A stretch of 64,000 nucleotides of DNA from NCBI GenBank assembly GCA_965207065.1, contig OZ242260.1, positions 4,064,001 to 4,128,000 of the forward strand, read 5' to 3'. Shown one piece after another: positions 1-9,480 of the stretch. Numbering within the stretch: the first letter of the stretch is position 1; every line of letters starts with the position of its first letter. The notes below the pieces were generated by a model that ran no database searches, was not told the origin of the DNA, and saw nothing but the letters and a program-made list of their open reading frames with translations. A program made the translations under genes and the position numbers. The stretch is from a bacterium. Lineage in GTDB: Bacteria; UBA8248.

Positions 1-1
1 C

Positions 2-250
2 AAACGGGCCGGCTCGGTGGAGAACCGCTCGAAGATCCGTGACGTCATGTTCTCGCTCGACCGAGCCACCGTGTTCGGACGCTTCCGGGTGAACCCGCTG
101 GGCCATGCCGACTCCGGGCTGCAGGTCGGCGGCACACGACTCGCTTTGCAGAACCAGGTCAAGAACGGCAAGGTGGTGCCGGAGGTGATCTACCCGAGCA
201 AGATCGCCTCCGCCAAGTTCGTGCACCCGTTCAAGTGGGAAGCCATGTAG
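2..250 (+). CDS. Branched-chain amino acid-type ABC transporter substrate-binding protein, C-terminal part (truncated by window start)
   Basis: Frame is open from base 2 (KRAGSVENRSKIRDVM...TVFGRFRV...VIYP...FVHPFKW), which resembles the LivJ/K-family C-terminus; lies directly upstream of livH/M/G/F-like genes. Confidence 0.75.
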   Translation, partial: KRAGSVENRSKIRDVMFSLDRATVFGRFRVNPLGHADSGLQVGGTRLALQNQVKNGKVVPEVIYPSKIASAKFVHPFKWEAM

Positions 251-283
251 GCGCAGGCGCCCCCCCGGCGGAACCGTTGCATC

Positions 284-319
284 CCGCCGGGAGTCCGTCT
301 CGATTCGGGCTCCCGGCGG
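284..319 (+). repeat. Intercistronic GC-rich hairpin
   Basis: CCGCCGGGAGTCCG-N8-CGGGCTCCCGGCGG inverted repeat between the binding-protein gene and the first permease. Confidence 0.6.
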
Positions 320-371
320 CTGCGCCGAGTCGCCGGCTTCGGCCAACCACCCTTCGTTTGGGATACCCGGC

Positions 372-1247
372 ATGATCGAAACCCTCGGTGCCTTCGGTGA
401 GTTGATCGCGTTCGGGCTCATCCTGGGGACCATGTACGCCCTGGTGGCCATCGGTCTGAGCCTGATCTTCGGCGTCTGCGGAGTCGTCAACGCGGCCCAC
501 GGCGACTTCGTGATGCTCGGCGCCTTCACCACCTTCGGCGCGTGGTCTTTCCTCGGCCTGAATCCGCTGCTAGCGCTGCCCCTCAGCATGGCGGTGCTCT
601 TCGCCGTCGGCTTCGGAATGGGTCATTTCCTGATCAACGTCGTCGCCGTCCGCGGGCTGATGCCGCCGATGATGCTGACCTTCGGGATATCCATGATCCT
701 GTGGAACACGGCGGAGGTGGTCTTCACGCCGACCTTCCGCTCGGTCGACTATCTGGGCGAGCCGGTCACGGTCGGGTTTCTCACCACCAGCAAGATATAT
801 CTCGTCGCCTTTGCGCTGGCGCTGCTCCTGCTCGCCGCTTTCTTCGCCCTCCTCCGGTTCACGGCGTACGGCGAGGCCATCCGCGCCACCGCGCAGAACC
901 GGAATCTGGCGCAGGCCTGCGGCATCGACGTCAAGCAGGTCATGGCGGTGACCTTCGGCCTCGGCACCGCGCTGGCGGGCGCCTGCGGGACCATGGTGGC
1001 GATGGTGTGGACGATATATCCGCAAATGGGGTTGATCTACGTGGCCAAGGCCTTCGCCATCGTCGTCATCGGCGGACTCGGGAGCCTGCCCGGCGCGTTT
1101 CTGGGGGCCTACATCTTCGGGGTCGTCGAGAGCGTCGGCACCCATTACCTGACGACGCGGATGGCGCAGGTGCTGCCATACCTGATCATCGTTCTGATTC
1201 TGGCTGTCCGGCGACGCGGTTTGCTCGGCCACGAGGTGGAGGATTGA
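372..1247 (+). CDS. livH: Branched-chain amino acid ABC transporter permease (LivH-like)
   Basis: YALVAIGLSLIFGV..VVNAAHGDF, G.AIRATAQN, IGGLGS motifs; polytopic hydrophobic protein. Confidence 0.9.
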   Translation: MIETLGAFGELIAFGLILGTMYALVAIGLSLIFGVCGVVNAAHGDFVMLGAFTTFGAWSFLGLNPLLALPLSMAVLFAVGFGMGHFLINVVAVRGLMPPMMLTFGISMILWNTAEVVFTPTFRSVDYLGEPVTVGFLTTSKIYLVAFALALLLLAAFFALLRFTAYGEAIRATAQNRNLAQACGIDVKQVMAVTFGLGTALAGACGTMVAMVWTIYPQMGLIYVAKAFAIVVIGGLGSLPGAFLGAYIFGVVESVGTHYLTTRMAQVLPYLIIVLILAVRRRGLLGHEVED

Positions 1248-1254
1248 TCCAGCC

Positions 1255-2202
1255 ATGACCTGGAGACGCGCGGTTCCCTACGTCGGCGCCACGGGCCTGA
1301 TCGCCTACGCGGTCCTCGCGGGTACTGCGCCGCTCTTTCTGGGCCCGGCGGCGCTCTCCCTGCTGTTCCTGACCCTCTACTACGTCTGCCTCGCCGGCGC
1401 CTGGAACTTCTTTTCCGGCTTTTCCGGCTATATCAATTTCGGCTTCGTCCTGTTCGTCGGGCTCGGCATGTACGCCTCGGTGATCGGCTTCGTCGACTTC
1501 AAGATGGGACTGATCCCGGGCTACCTGACGGGCGGGCTCGTCTCCGCCATCGTCGCGGCGGTGATAGGCTATCCGCTGCTGCGCATACGCGGCGCCTATT
1601 TCGCAATCTCGATGCTGGCCCTGGCCGAGGGAGCCCGGGTGCTCATTTCCACCAAGTACCTGACGCCGCTCACGCGCGGCGGCGCCGGCATGCCCGTCCT
1701 CGCGGGAAACCTGACCCAGAAGTACTACGCCATCTTCCTGCTTGCGGTCTGCATCGTGCTGGCGACCATGTTCTTCGCCCGCTCGTACTTCGGCCTGTCG
1801 CTGATCGCCGTTCGGGAAGACGAGTCCGCGGCGAGCGGTCTCGCGGTCAATACCACCGCTGTGAAGGTCAGCGCGTTCGTCGTCAGCGCCTTCTTCGCCG
1901 GAACGGCGGGCGGCATCCAGGCCACTTTTCTGCACTACATCGAACCGTTCGCGGCATTCGATATCAAGTACACCATGCTGTCCATCGTGATGGCCATGTT
2001 CGGCGGGCTGGGAACCGTCCTCGGCGCGGTGATCGGCGCCGTCACGCTCCAGCTCATCAGCGACTACGTCTGGCTGCACCTCGGCCAGGCCAACATCACC
2101 GTCTTCGGTCTCATTCTGGTCTGCCTGGTCATCTGGATGCCCGACGGCGTCGTGGTCCGCCTCAAGGAGATGGGGATTCTGCCGAAAACGAGGTGGATAT
2201 GA
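1255..2202 (+). CDS. livM: Branched-chain amino acid ABC transporter permease (LivM-like)
   Basis: WNFFSGFSGYINFG, LRIRGAYFAI, AVREDE.AA, GGLGT..GAVIG, MPDG motifs. Confidence 0.9.
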   Translation: MTWRRAVPYVGATGLIAYAVLAGTAPLFLGPAALSLLFLTLYYVCLAGAWNFFSGFSGYINFGFVLFVGLGMYASVIGFVDFKMGLIPGYLTGGLVSAIVAAVIGYPLLRIRGAYFAISMLALAEGARVLISTKYLTPLTRGGAGMPVLAGNLTQKYYAIFLLAVCIVLATMFFARSYFGLSLIAVREDESAASGLAVNTTAVKVSAFVVSAFFAGTAGGIQATFLHYIEPFAAFDIKYTMLSIVMAMFGGLGTVLGAVIGAVTLQLISDYVWLHLGQANITVFGLILVCLVIWMPDGVVVRLKEMGILPKTRWI

Positions 2203-2263
2203 CGATGGAGGCGAAAACCCGTCTCGCCGAGGGACACCGATTGAGCCCGCCCGGGAGAGAAGC

Positions 2264-2971
2264 ATGACCGCCGACAGGCCGATCCTCGAGATCCACGACG
2301 TCCGGAAAAGCTTCGGGGGCGTCCATGCGCTCGCCGGGTGCGGCTTTTCCGTCGGAGAGGGCGAGATCGTCGGTCTGATCGGCCCCAACGGCTCCGGCAA
2401 GACGACCTTGTTCAATACCATCGTGGGATATCTGCCGCTGGACGACGGGCGCATCCTCTATCGCGGAGAGAACGTAACGGGTCTGCCGCCCTACCAGATC
2501 GCCCGGAAGGGCATCGGCCGCACCTTTCAGGTGACGCGCATCTTCCCCAAGATGACTTTATTGGAGAACGTCACCTTGCCGACGGGAAGCGCCGACGCGA
2601 ACGACAGGGCGTATGAACTTCTCGAACTCGTCGGCCTGGCCGACCTGCAGGACGAATACGCGAGCGACCTCTCCTTCGGCCAGCAACGCCTGCTCTCCAT
2701 CATCCAGGTCCTGATGCTCGATCCGTGGTTGATCCTGCTCGACGAGCCGGCCGCCGGCGTCAATCCCGTCATGCAGAAGAAATTGCTGGAGCTGATCCAT
2801 TATCTGAATGAGGAAGGCAGGACCTTCCTGATCATCGAGCACAACATGGACGTGGTCATGAACAACTGTGAACGCGTCGTCGTCCTGAGCATGGGTGAGA
2901 AGATCGCCGAAGGATCGCCGGATGAAGTCCGGCGGGACGAGGCGGTACTCACCGCCTATTTCGGAGCCTGA
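2264..2971 (+). CDS. livG: ABC transporter ATP-binding protein (LivG-like)
   Basis: Walker A GPNGSGKTT, GIGRTFQ, LSFGQQR, LLDEPAAG, C-terminal AYFG. Confidence 0.92.
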   Translation: MTADRPILEIHDVRKSFGGVHALAGCGFSVGEGEIVGLIGPNGSGKTTLFNTIVGYLPLDDGRILYRGENVTGLPPYQIARKGIGRTFQVTRIFPKMTLLENVTLPTGSADANDRAYELLELVGLADLQDEYASDLSFGQQRLLSIIQVLMLDPWLILLDEPAAGVNPVMQKKLLELIHYLNEEGRTFLIIEHNMDVVMNNCERVVVLSMGEKIAEGSPDEVRRDEAVLTAYFGA

Positions 2972-2974
2972 GCC

Positions 2975-3694
2975 ATGGCCGGGGATACATTGCTGAAAGT
3001 GGAGGGAATCGCCTCCGGCTACGGCAAGAAGGAGATCCTGCACGGCGTCTCGCTCGAGGTCGGCCGCGGCGAGACGATCGCCCTCATCGGGCCGAACGGC
3101 GCAGGCAAGTCGACCATGCTGCTGACCATCCTGGGCTACCTGAAGCCGACGGGGGGAAAGGTCGTCCTCGAGGGAGAGGACATCACCGGGATCGAGCCGC
3201 ACCTGATCATCCGGCACGGGGTCGCGTATTGCCCCCAGGGGCGCAACATCTTCCCCCAGATGACGGTGAGCGAGCACCTCCACCTCGGCGCCTGGACGGT
3301 GGCCGACGCCGAGGAGCGGCGCCGCGCGCGCGAAGGGGTATACGGCCTGTTCCCCATCCTGAAGGAAAAGGAGCGCAGCAAGGCCCGAACCCTCAGCGGC
3401 GGCCAGCGGCAAATGCTCAGCTTCGGGATGGCCATGGTCACCAGGCCGACCCTCATCCTGCTCGACGAGCCGACGATCGGGCTGGCGCCCACGGTGATGG
3501 AAACCATCTTCGAGAGCATCGAGCGGATTCACCGCGACGGCGTATCGATCCTGGTCGTGGAGCAGAACTCGGCCAAGGCCCTGGAGAATTCCGACCGGGG
3601 ATACGTGCTGGACATGGGCCGGAATCGCCGGGAGGGAAACTCGGCGGAGCTACTTCTTGATCCGAACATACGCCAAATGTACCTTGGCATGTAG
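2975..3694 (+). CDS. livF: ABC transporter ATP-binding protein (LivF-like)
   Basis: GPNGAGKST, PQGRNIF, LSGGQRQM, LLDEPTIGLAP, VEQN, YLG. Confidence 0.92.
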   Translation: MAGDTLLKVEGIASGYGKKEILHGVSLEVGRGETIALIGPNGAGKSTMLLTILGYLKPTGGKVVLEGEDITGIEPHLIIRHGVAYCPQGRNIFPQMTVSEHLHLGAWTVADAEERRRAREGVYGLFPILKEKERSKARTLSGGQRQMLSFGMAMVTRPTLILLDEPTIGLAPTVMETIFESIERIHRDGVSILVVEQNSAKALENSDRGYVLDMGRNRREGNSAELLLDPNIRQMYLGM

Positions 3695-3774
3695 TCACCG
3701 GGGCCGCCCGGCAAGAGAGGCCGGGGCGCCCTATAAGCCGCGCATCGCGCACACCGAAGAGGGAGGGACGAACG

Positions 3775-5097
3775 ATGAGCATGGTCGAAGACGCACTGGC
3801 ATACGTCGACGAGGAAGCTATCGCGCAGTTGACCATGGAGATGGTCGACATCCCGAGCCCCCAGGGCGGTGAGAAGGCGCTCGCCGAATATCTCGCCGAC
3901 CGCTTCCGGGCGGCGGGTCTGCAGACCTGGATGCAGGAGGTCGAGCCGGATCGATATAACGTCTACGGCCAGCTCGAGGGTACGGGCGACGGCCCGACAC
4001 TGATGTACTGCGGCCATCTGGACACGACCTACGGCGGCGACGAGGAGGGCATCCGCGATCTCGGGCCGGGATATCAGCCGAAATCCTGGCGCGAGGGCGA
4101 GTGGATCTACGGCATGGGCACCTACAACATGAAGAGCGGTCACGCATCGGCCATCCTCGCCGTGGAGGCCATGGCCCGCTCCAGGGCGAAGCTGCGCGGC
4201 AACCTGATGATCGCCGGCGTCGTCGGCGAGACCTGCCACACGCCGGTGGGGCGTTACCAGGGCGCCCGTTACCGGGGCTGCGGGATCGGCGCCCGCTTCA
4301 TGGTCAACAACGGCATCACCGCCGACATGGTGGTCATACCCGAACCGACATCCAACCGGATTTCGGTGGCCACGGGCGGCTACGTGTTTATGGAACTCAT
4401 GACCCGGGGCAACCCGGCCGCCACCTACAGCCGCGGCGGCTCCACGGTGAAGATCAAGCCCGGCGAAGACGCCATCGAGAAGATGCTGAACGCCATACCC
4501 GCCCTCAAGAACTGGGGCGAGGACTACCTGAGCAGGACCCGCTACAAGGGTGAGCAGGCCGGAAACGTCAACATCATCGCGATTGAAGGGGGGCATCCGT
4601 TCCGGGCGAGTAAGCTTCCGTGCTTCTGCCGGCTCTATCTGGAAGTCGGGATCATGCCGGGACAGCTGCACGGCGATATCATCGCCGAAGTCGGTCAGGT
4701 AATCCGGCAGCTGCGGGAGAAGGACCCCGCCATGGAGATCGAGCTGCAGGTTATGCAGACGGCGTACGCGGCCGAAATATCGCCCGAGGAATACGTCGTG
4801 CGCAGCATCTCCGCCTCGCACGACCTCGTCTGGGGCGAGCGCCCCGAGATCACCTGGGACGGCTGGTACGCCGACACCGCACCCCTGACCCGCGCCGGAA
4901 TTCCGGCGATCTGCTACGGCCCCCAGGGCCGCGCCAGCGGCGGCGGCACAGGCTACTACCCGAAGGAGGGAGAGCACGCATCGGTCCATGATCTCACCAA
5001 AGGCGCCCACGTGTTCGTCAACGCCGCCCATGACATCTGCATGAAGGATCGCCTCGAGATACGAAAGCCCGATGTCGCCGGGACAATCGTACGCTGA
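3775..5097 (+). CDS. M20 family (ArgE/DapE-like) metallo-hydrolase with divergent metal site
   Basis: DIPSPQGGE, YCGHLDT, IYGMGTYNMKSG, VIPEPT, AGIPAICYGP; SD GGAGG upstream. Confidence 0.8.
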   Translation: MSMVEDALAYVDEEAIAQLTMEMVDIPSPQGGEKALAEYLADRFRAAGLQTWMQEVEPDRYNVYGQLEGTGDGPTLMYCGHLDTTYGGDEEGIRDLGPGYQPKSWREGEWIYGMGTYNMKSGHASAILAVEAMARSRAKLRGNLMIAGVVGETCHTPVGRYQGARYRGCGIGARFMVNNGITADMVVIPEPTSNRISVATGGYVFMELMTRGNPAATYSRGGSTVKIKPGEDAIEKMLNAIPALKNWGEDYLSRTRYKGEQAGNVNIIAIEGGHPFRASKLPCFCRLYLEVGIMPGQLHGDIIAEVGQVIRQLREKDPAMEIELQVMQTAYAAEISPEEYVVRSISASHDLVWGERPEITWDGWYADTAPLTRAGIPAICYGPQGRASGGGTGYYPKEGEHASVHDLTKGAHVFVNAAHDICMKDRLEIRKPDVAGTIVR

Positions 5098-5246
5098 CGC
5101 GTCGCCGCAATAAGCGGGAGCCGTCCGCCCACAGGGGAGCGGAACACTCCCGGGAAAACCTGCGTACCGGGGTCCTATGCCTTCTTCCTGGGCTTTCGGG
5201 AAAAACGGGACAACATCTCTCCTTCCTGCTATCCCATAGGTAAGGC

Positions 5247-5504
5247 ATGAGGGAAAAAGGAGATCATGAGTTGGTCGAGTCCAAGACTACATCCAAAGGC
5301 CGGACGACGATCCCTAAGTCCGTACGCGAGGCGCTTGGCGTAAAGCCGGGCGACCGTGTCCGCTATCTCGTTCTGGGCGATGAGGTGCGAATTACCCCGG
5401 TTCGGCCCCTCGCCCGGCTCTTCGGCGCGCTCAAACACGACGGCCCGCCGGTGACGCTCGAGGAGATGGAGCGCGCCATCGCCGACGGGGCGCGTGAGGG
5501 GTGA
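5247..5504 (+). CDS. AbrB/MazE/SpoVT-type antitoxin
   Basis: TSKGRTTIPKSVREALGVKPGDRV swapped-hairpin signature and VTLEEMERAI tail; true start may be the TTG slightly downstream. Confidence 0.85.
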   Translation: MREKGDHELVESKTTSKGRTTIPKSVREALGVKPGDRVRYLVLGDEVRITPVRPLARLFGALKHDGPPVTLEEMERAIADGAREG

Positions 5505-5728
5505 TCGCGGCGGTGCTGAAGGAACTCGTCGCCACCGAGGAACTCGAAATCGAGGCGGCGGACGACGTGGCCCGCGCCGCATTCGGTTACCGAAGCGGCG
5601 GCCCCGGTTTTTCCGACCTCATGCTCGCAGCGGCCGCCAACCGGCGCGGCGTATCCCCACTCTATACCTTCGACAGACGAGTGGCGCAGATGGCGGGGGC
5701 GGAATTGTTGGGGGTCAATCCCGGCTGA
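5501..5728 (+). pseudogene. PIN/VapC toxin with internal deletion
   Basis: GTGA overlap with the antitoxin; C-terminal PIN motifs (GFSDLML, LYTFDRR) present, but the N-terminal DTN and conserved E region are missing; only 75 aa. Confidence 0.7.
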
Positions 5729-5732
5729 GAGA

Positions 5733-5849
5733 GTGGAAGACCGCATTCTCCTCGCCACGGCGCGGGCGTTCGGCTACACGCTGGTGAAGCGCGACACCCA
5801 CCCCCTCGAATACGGCGAGGAAGGGCACGCAAGAGTGATGGGGTGTTGA
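5733..5849 (+). pseudogene. C-terminal remnant of a second PIN/VapC toxin
   Basis: Manual translation VEDRILLATARAFGYTLVKRDTHPLEYGEEGHARVMGC* resembles the DRILIATAR...LVTRD...Y...GH tail of VapC proteins. Confidence 0.65.
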
Positions 5850-5932
5850 GAGAGAAGGCCTGAGCGAGCATGATGCACTCGATCCGGCTAAACGCCGTCC
5901 AGATAGACATTTTGAGATACGGAGGAGACAAA

Positions 5933-6697
5933 TTGAAACGGTTTCCAAAAGGGATACACAACCACCTTAATTACTATGTGTATCGCTTAATCGACCCTAG
6001 AGACGGAGCGACATTTTACATTGGAAAAGGTCGAGGAAACCGCGTGTTCGAGCATGTCCAAGAAGCCATTCCATTGAGTGATAACCCAGAAGACGATTCT
6101 CCGGACGACATGATGTCTGCAAAGATCAAGGTGATTCAAGAAATCAAAAAAGCAGGCTTGGAACCGATACATGTTATTCACCGGCATGGGATGACTGAAG
6201 AAGTAGCTTATGAAGTAGAAGCTGCTTTAATTGACGCTACACCAGGATTAAAAAACGAAGTATCCGGACACGGATCGAACGATTATGGGCCAGCACATGT
6301 AGAGCAGATTATAAAGCAATATGTCGCCGAAGAGATAAAATTCAGTCCGAAACATAAGATTATGGTGATTAAGGTTCGGGCTTCAATGGTAGATAGATTT
6401 GGACTTTATGACACAGTTCGGTGTGCTTGGAGAGTGAACAAATCCAAAGCGGAGCAGGCGGATTACGTGCTTGCCGTAACGGATGGTATATGTCAGGGAG
6501 TGTTTGTTCCTGACAAATGGATTGCAATAACGTCAGAAGAATTCCCTCAAAGACCGGATATCCATCAAGAATCCAAGCGGTATGGCTTCCATGGTAAAGA
6601 AGCAAATCGAAAAATAACGAATAGGTACAAAGGGAAGCGATTACCCGAACATCTACGAAAACCGGGTATGGCATCACCAATTCTATACGAATACTAA
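5933..6697 (+). CDS. LEM-3-like GIY-YIG nuclease domain protein
   Basis: YYVYRLIDPR..TFYIGKG.GNRVFEH, AYEVEAALID, LKNEVSGHG; TTG start at 5933 after GGAGG; visibly AT-richer than flanks. Confidence 0.8.
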   Translation: MKRFPKGIHNHLNYYVYRLIDPRDGATFYIGKGRGNRVFEHVQEAIPLSDNPEDDSPDDMMSAKIKVIQEIKKAGLEPIHVIHRHGMTEEVAYEVEAALIDATPGLKNEVSGHGSNDYGPAHVEQIIKQYVAEEIKFSPKHKIMVIKVRASMVDRFGLYDTVRCAWRVNKSKAEQADYVLAVTDGICQGVFVPDKWIAITSEEFPQRPDIHQESKRYGFHGKEANRKITNRYKGKRLPEHLRKPGMASPILYEY

Positions 6698-6884
6698 AAA
6701 ATCAAGGTCTGATATCCGGGTGCAGTCTCGCGTCTCCTCGACGCGGAAGCGACCCGCCGTCACGAACCCCATCTCTCCGGGAGCGATGTAGACGGAAACT
6801 CCACTCTCCCGGTCAAGTGGAAAGGGATTATGTTTGTTAGGAAAATTATATGGGGTTTATAAACTGGTTAAATTCATTATAAAG

Positions 6885-7106
6885 AGGCTGTTGAAAAACC
6901 CCTGCCTGCGTCTCCCACACCTTCTCGTATCTATCAAAACGGGGAAAGAACGCCGTCATTCCGGCGAAAGCCGGAATGACGAACAAAACCGCACCTCCTC
7001 GTAAGGACAAGCGACCTCGGACAGGCACAGGGACCTGTCCCTACGATCCCTCCTGCCCGGCTGGTTTCATTTGTCGAATCACGAAACTAGGTTTTTTCAA
7101 CAACCC
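6885..7106. mobile_element. MITE-like composite repeat (inverted ends enclosing CGTC- and GTAG-type palindromes)
   Basis: AGGCTGTTGAAAAA ... TTTTTCAACAACCC ends; CGTCATTCCGGCGAAAGCCGGAATGACG at 6954-6981; GGACAGGCACAGGGACCTGTCCCTAC at ~7019-7044. Confidence 0.7.
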
Positions 7107-7190
7107 TGAAATGGGGGGATATGCGGGAAGCTTGTTTCGCGAAACTTTACCTGGGTATTGCTCGTTTCTTCAATTCGAGGCGTATTCGTA

Positions 7191-8033
7191 TCAGTTTGAT
7201 TCCCTTTTCTTCGACTCGTAATGTTTCATTGAAAACCATCTATTACCTATTTCATCGAACTCTATGTTTATCTTTGTGACGCGACAAGGAACAGCCGAGA
7301 TTGGCTCCGCATCATCGAGGTTGAAAAGGGCAATGTTGAATCCTTTTTCACCAAATTGACTTCGGTAGGCGATAGCATCATAGCCGGCATTTCGAAAAAG
7401 CTCAGCAAGGATTTGCGTAGGCGCGTAGGATGCTACATCGTCAGCAGGAGTCACCGGGCGTGAAAAAGCGTTGTCAATTTCGATCCAGACCGATTTTTCT
7501 TTCTTTTTGGGACTAGGCTCTTTTTCACCTGCAAGCTCATCAAGCTTCAAATGGAGAATCGACATCTCGCCATGCCCTGCGGATAAATCGAGCGCTTGCA
7601 GATCACGGACAATTTTGAATTGAGCAAGAGAGATTTCCGTGCCAATCCATGGTCTGACTTCAGATATAGCGGTTTGCTTAGTGGATGCGAGATAGAGTAC
7701 GGGAATTCCCGCCGGATTAACTCGCCCTTCCTTGGCGCGGTGTTTACGTGGTTTCATTCGTTTAGCTTTGAAGGCACGCAGCGCTGGCAATTTATTGCCA
7801 TCCTCATCAACATATGAGCCGTATTTTACGCCTTGCTGAGCGCGAAAAAAAACTTTTCCCTTGGGAATAGGTATATTGCGGTCTTTCTCATTTAGAGTCG
7901 CAAGGACCGTTTCAAGGAACGCTTGGACTTCTTTGCCCCAAACAAATCGCTGTCCTCGACGAACGAGTCGCGAGAAATTCCAATAGCTTCTCCAAGAAGC
8001 AAATTCTGGCTTCGTGGGATCATCCAAGTCCAT
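7191..8033 (-). CDS. RES domain protein
   Basis: GRVNPAGIPVLYLA, AISEVRP, YAPTQILAELFR..GYDAIAYRS, NIALF; AT-richer. Confidence 0.85.
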   Translation of the reverse strand: MDLDDPTKPEFASWRSYWNFSRLVRRGQRFVWGKEVQAFLETVLATLNEKDRNIPIPKGKVFFRAQQGVKYGSYVDEDGNKLPALRAFKAKRMKPRKHRAKEGRVNPAGIPVLYLASTKQTAISEVRPWIGTEISLAQFKIVRDLQALDLSAGHGEMSILHLKLDELAGEKEPSPKKKEKSVWIEIDNAFSRPVTPADDVASYAPTQILAELFRNAGYDAIAYRSQFGEKGFNIALFNLDDAEPISAVPCRVTKINIEFDEIGNRWFSMKHYESKKRESN

Positions 8034-8096
8034 GATAAAACTCTATTTAAGTAATTTGGAAAGAATTGAAATGGCCTATGAGGACTTCCGCTCCCC

Positions 8097-8726
8097 CTAC
8101 CTCTTCATCTCCCTTGTCTCGATCTCCTCACCCTCTTCCTTCGCGCCGGGCATGGCGTCCTCGAACTTTTTCTTCACCGCGCCGACGCCCTCCTTGGCCG
8201 AGTCGAGCTTGTCGCCGAGTTTCTCCCTGGCGGCGTTCAGGCCTTCCTCGATATCCTCCTTGTCGAACGCCTGGATGTAGACGCTCACCCCTCGCACATA
8301 CGGGAGGAGTTTGTCCCCGCCGCCCGCAGGCAAAAAGCCGGAGACACGGGCTTCGAAGACCACCAGCCCCAGGGCGATGAAGAACACACCCTTGGCGCAG
8401 CCGATGAGGCCGCCGCCGAGCCGCGACATTAGTCCGGGCGTGGCGATCGATAAAACGCCGAACATGATGCGGAAGAACCAGGCGGCGACTACCCATGTAC
8501 CGAGAAATATCAGCGGCTTGACGAACGGATCGAGCCGGTCGTTCCCGTCCAGGAAGTAGGAGAGGTAGGAGCGCGCGAGGTCGCTGAACTGCATGGTGAG
8601 GAGAATCGCGATTCCGAGCGCGACCACGGAAAACGTTTCGCGGAAAAAACCGCGCACGCAGCCGCGTATGAGAAACGCGCCGACGAACACGGCGATGACG
8701 ACATCGGGAAACGTCAAGGAAATCAT
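8097..8726 (-). CDS. cvpA: CvpA family membrane protein
   Basis: D.......RG..RGF.RE start, SRLGGGLIG..KG, four hydrophobic segments. Confidence 0.85.
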   Translation of the reverse strand: MISLTFPDVVIAVFVGAFLIRGCVRGFFRETFSVVALGIAILLTMQFSDLARSYLSYFLDGNDRLDPFVKPLIFLGTWVVAAWFFRIMFGVLSIATPGLMSRLGGGLIGCAKGVFFIALGLVVFEARVSGFLPAGGGDKLLPYVRGVSVYIQAFDKEDIEEGLNAAREKLGDKLDSAKEGVGAVKKKFEDAMPGAKEEGEEIETREMKR

Positions 8727-8829
8727 GAAACCTTATAATTCTACGGACGGAACCAGGACGGCCTCGTGATAGAGCGGGCATAATCTAGCAAATTACAATG
8801 CGTTTGTCACCAAAGATTTAAGCGCCGGC

Positions 8830-9282
8830 TCATATTTTCTCTTTCCACATCACCAGGGCGTCTTCGCGGTTGTCGGGATAATAGCGAGGACGCATGGCCG
8901 CCGCCGTGAAACCCCATTTCTCATACAGGGCGATGGCGGCGGCGTTGCCCAGGCGCACCTCGAGCGTCGCGCGAACGAGGCCCCCGGATTTTGCGTCCTC
9001 GAGAATCCTTTCGAGCAGGAAATCGGCCACTCCCTTGCGCCTGTGGGCGGGCGCGACGGCGAAATTCGTGATGTGGCACTCATCCACCACCTCCCACCAG
9101 CAGGCGTAGCCCATCACTTCGGCCCGAGCCTCATCGTCCTCCGTCACGACCAGGAGGCGGGAATTGTCGATCTCGGAAATCTCGCGGACGAAACTCTCCC
9201 TGGACCACGGAAGCGGAAAGGAGAGGCGCTCGATGGCGTGCACCTCTTCCACGTCGCCGACTCTCATGGCTCTCGTCTTCAC
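8830..9282 (-). CDS. rimI: Ribosomal protein S18-alanine N-acetyltransferase
   Basis: IERLSFPLPWS, ECHITNFAVAP.HRRKG, TLEVR.GN..AIALY..WGF, R.RYY.DN.EDALVM. Confidence 0.92.
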   Translation of the reverse strand: MKTRAMRVGDVEEVHAIERLSFPLPWSRESFVREISEIDNSRLLVVTEDDEARAEVMGYACWWEVVDECHITNFAVAPAHRRKGVADFLLERILEDAKSGGLVRATLEVRLGNAAAIALYEKWGFTAAAMRPRYYPDNREDALVMWKEKI

Positions 9283-9480
9283 GGCAACTCATCCTCATTT
9301 GCGCCCGAAATTACCGAACGAATCGAAACCCCCGCAAACTCTTTCGCCGGGAGGTTTTCGGGACTATAATGCGCCGAAACGGACATCCGATTCTCACGAC
9401 ATTGGAACATAAACCGGCGCCGCAAAAGAAGCGCCTTTGCGGTCGATACAAAAACCCGAAGAACGATACGGAGGATTATC

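Noticed and set aside
3529-5031. Long antisense/alternative-frame ORFs (e.g. 3529-5031, 26841-28655, 44639-47293, 29924-31498, 52129-53442)
   Set aside because: They shadow well-supported genes in GC-rich DNA and show no family motifs
5841-5849. TGT-TGA at the end of the VapC remnant, and other TGA stops (e.g. 58191), as Sec codons
   Set aside because: They fall at the natural C-termini of their families, with no redox-motif context or coding continuation
6722-6800. RLLDAEATRRHEPHLSG, reminiscent of an FAD-dependent oxidase fragment
   Set aside because: Too short to support without a search
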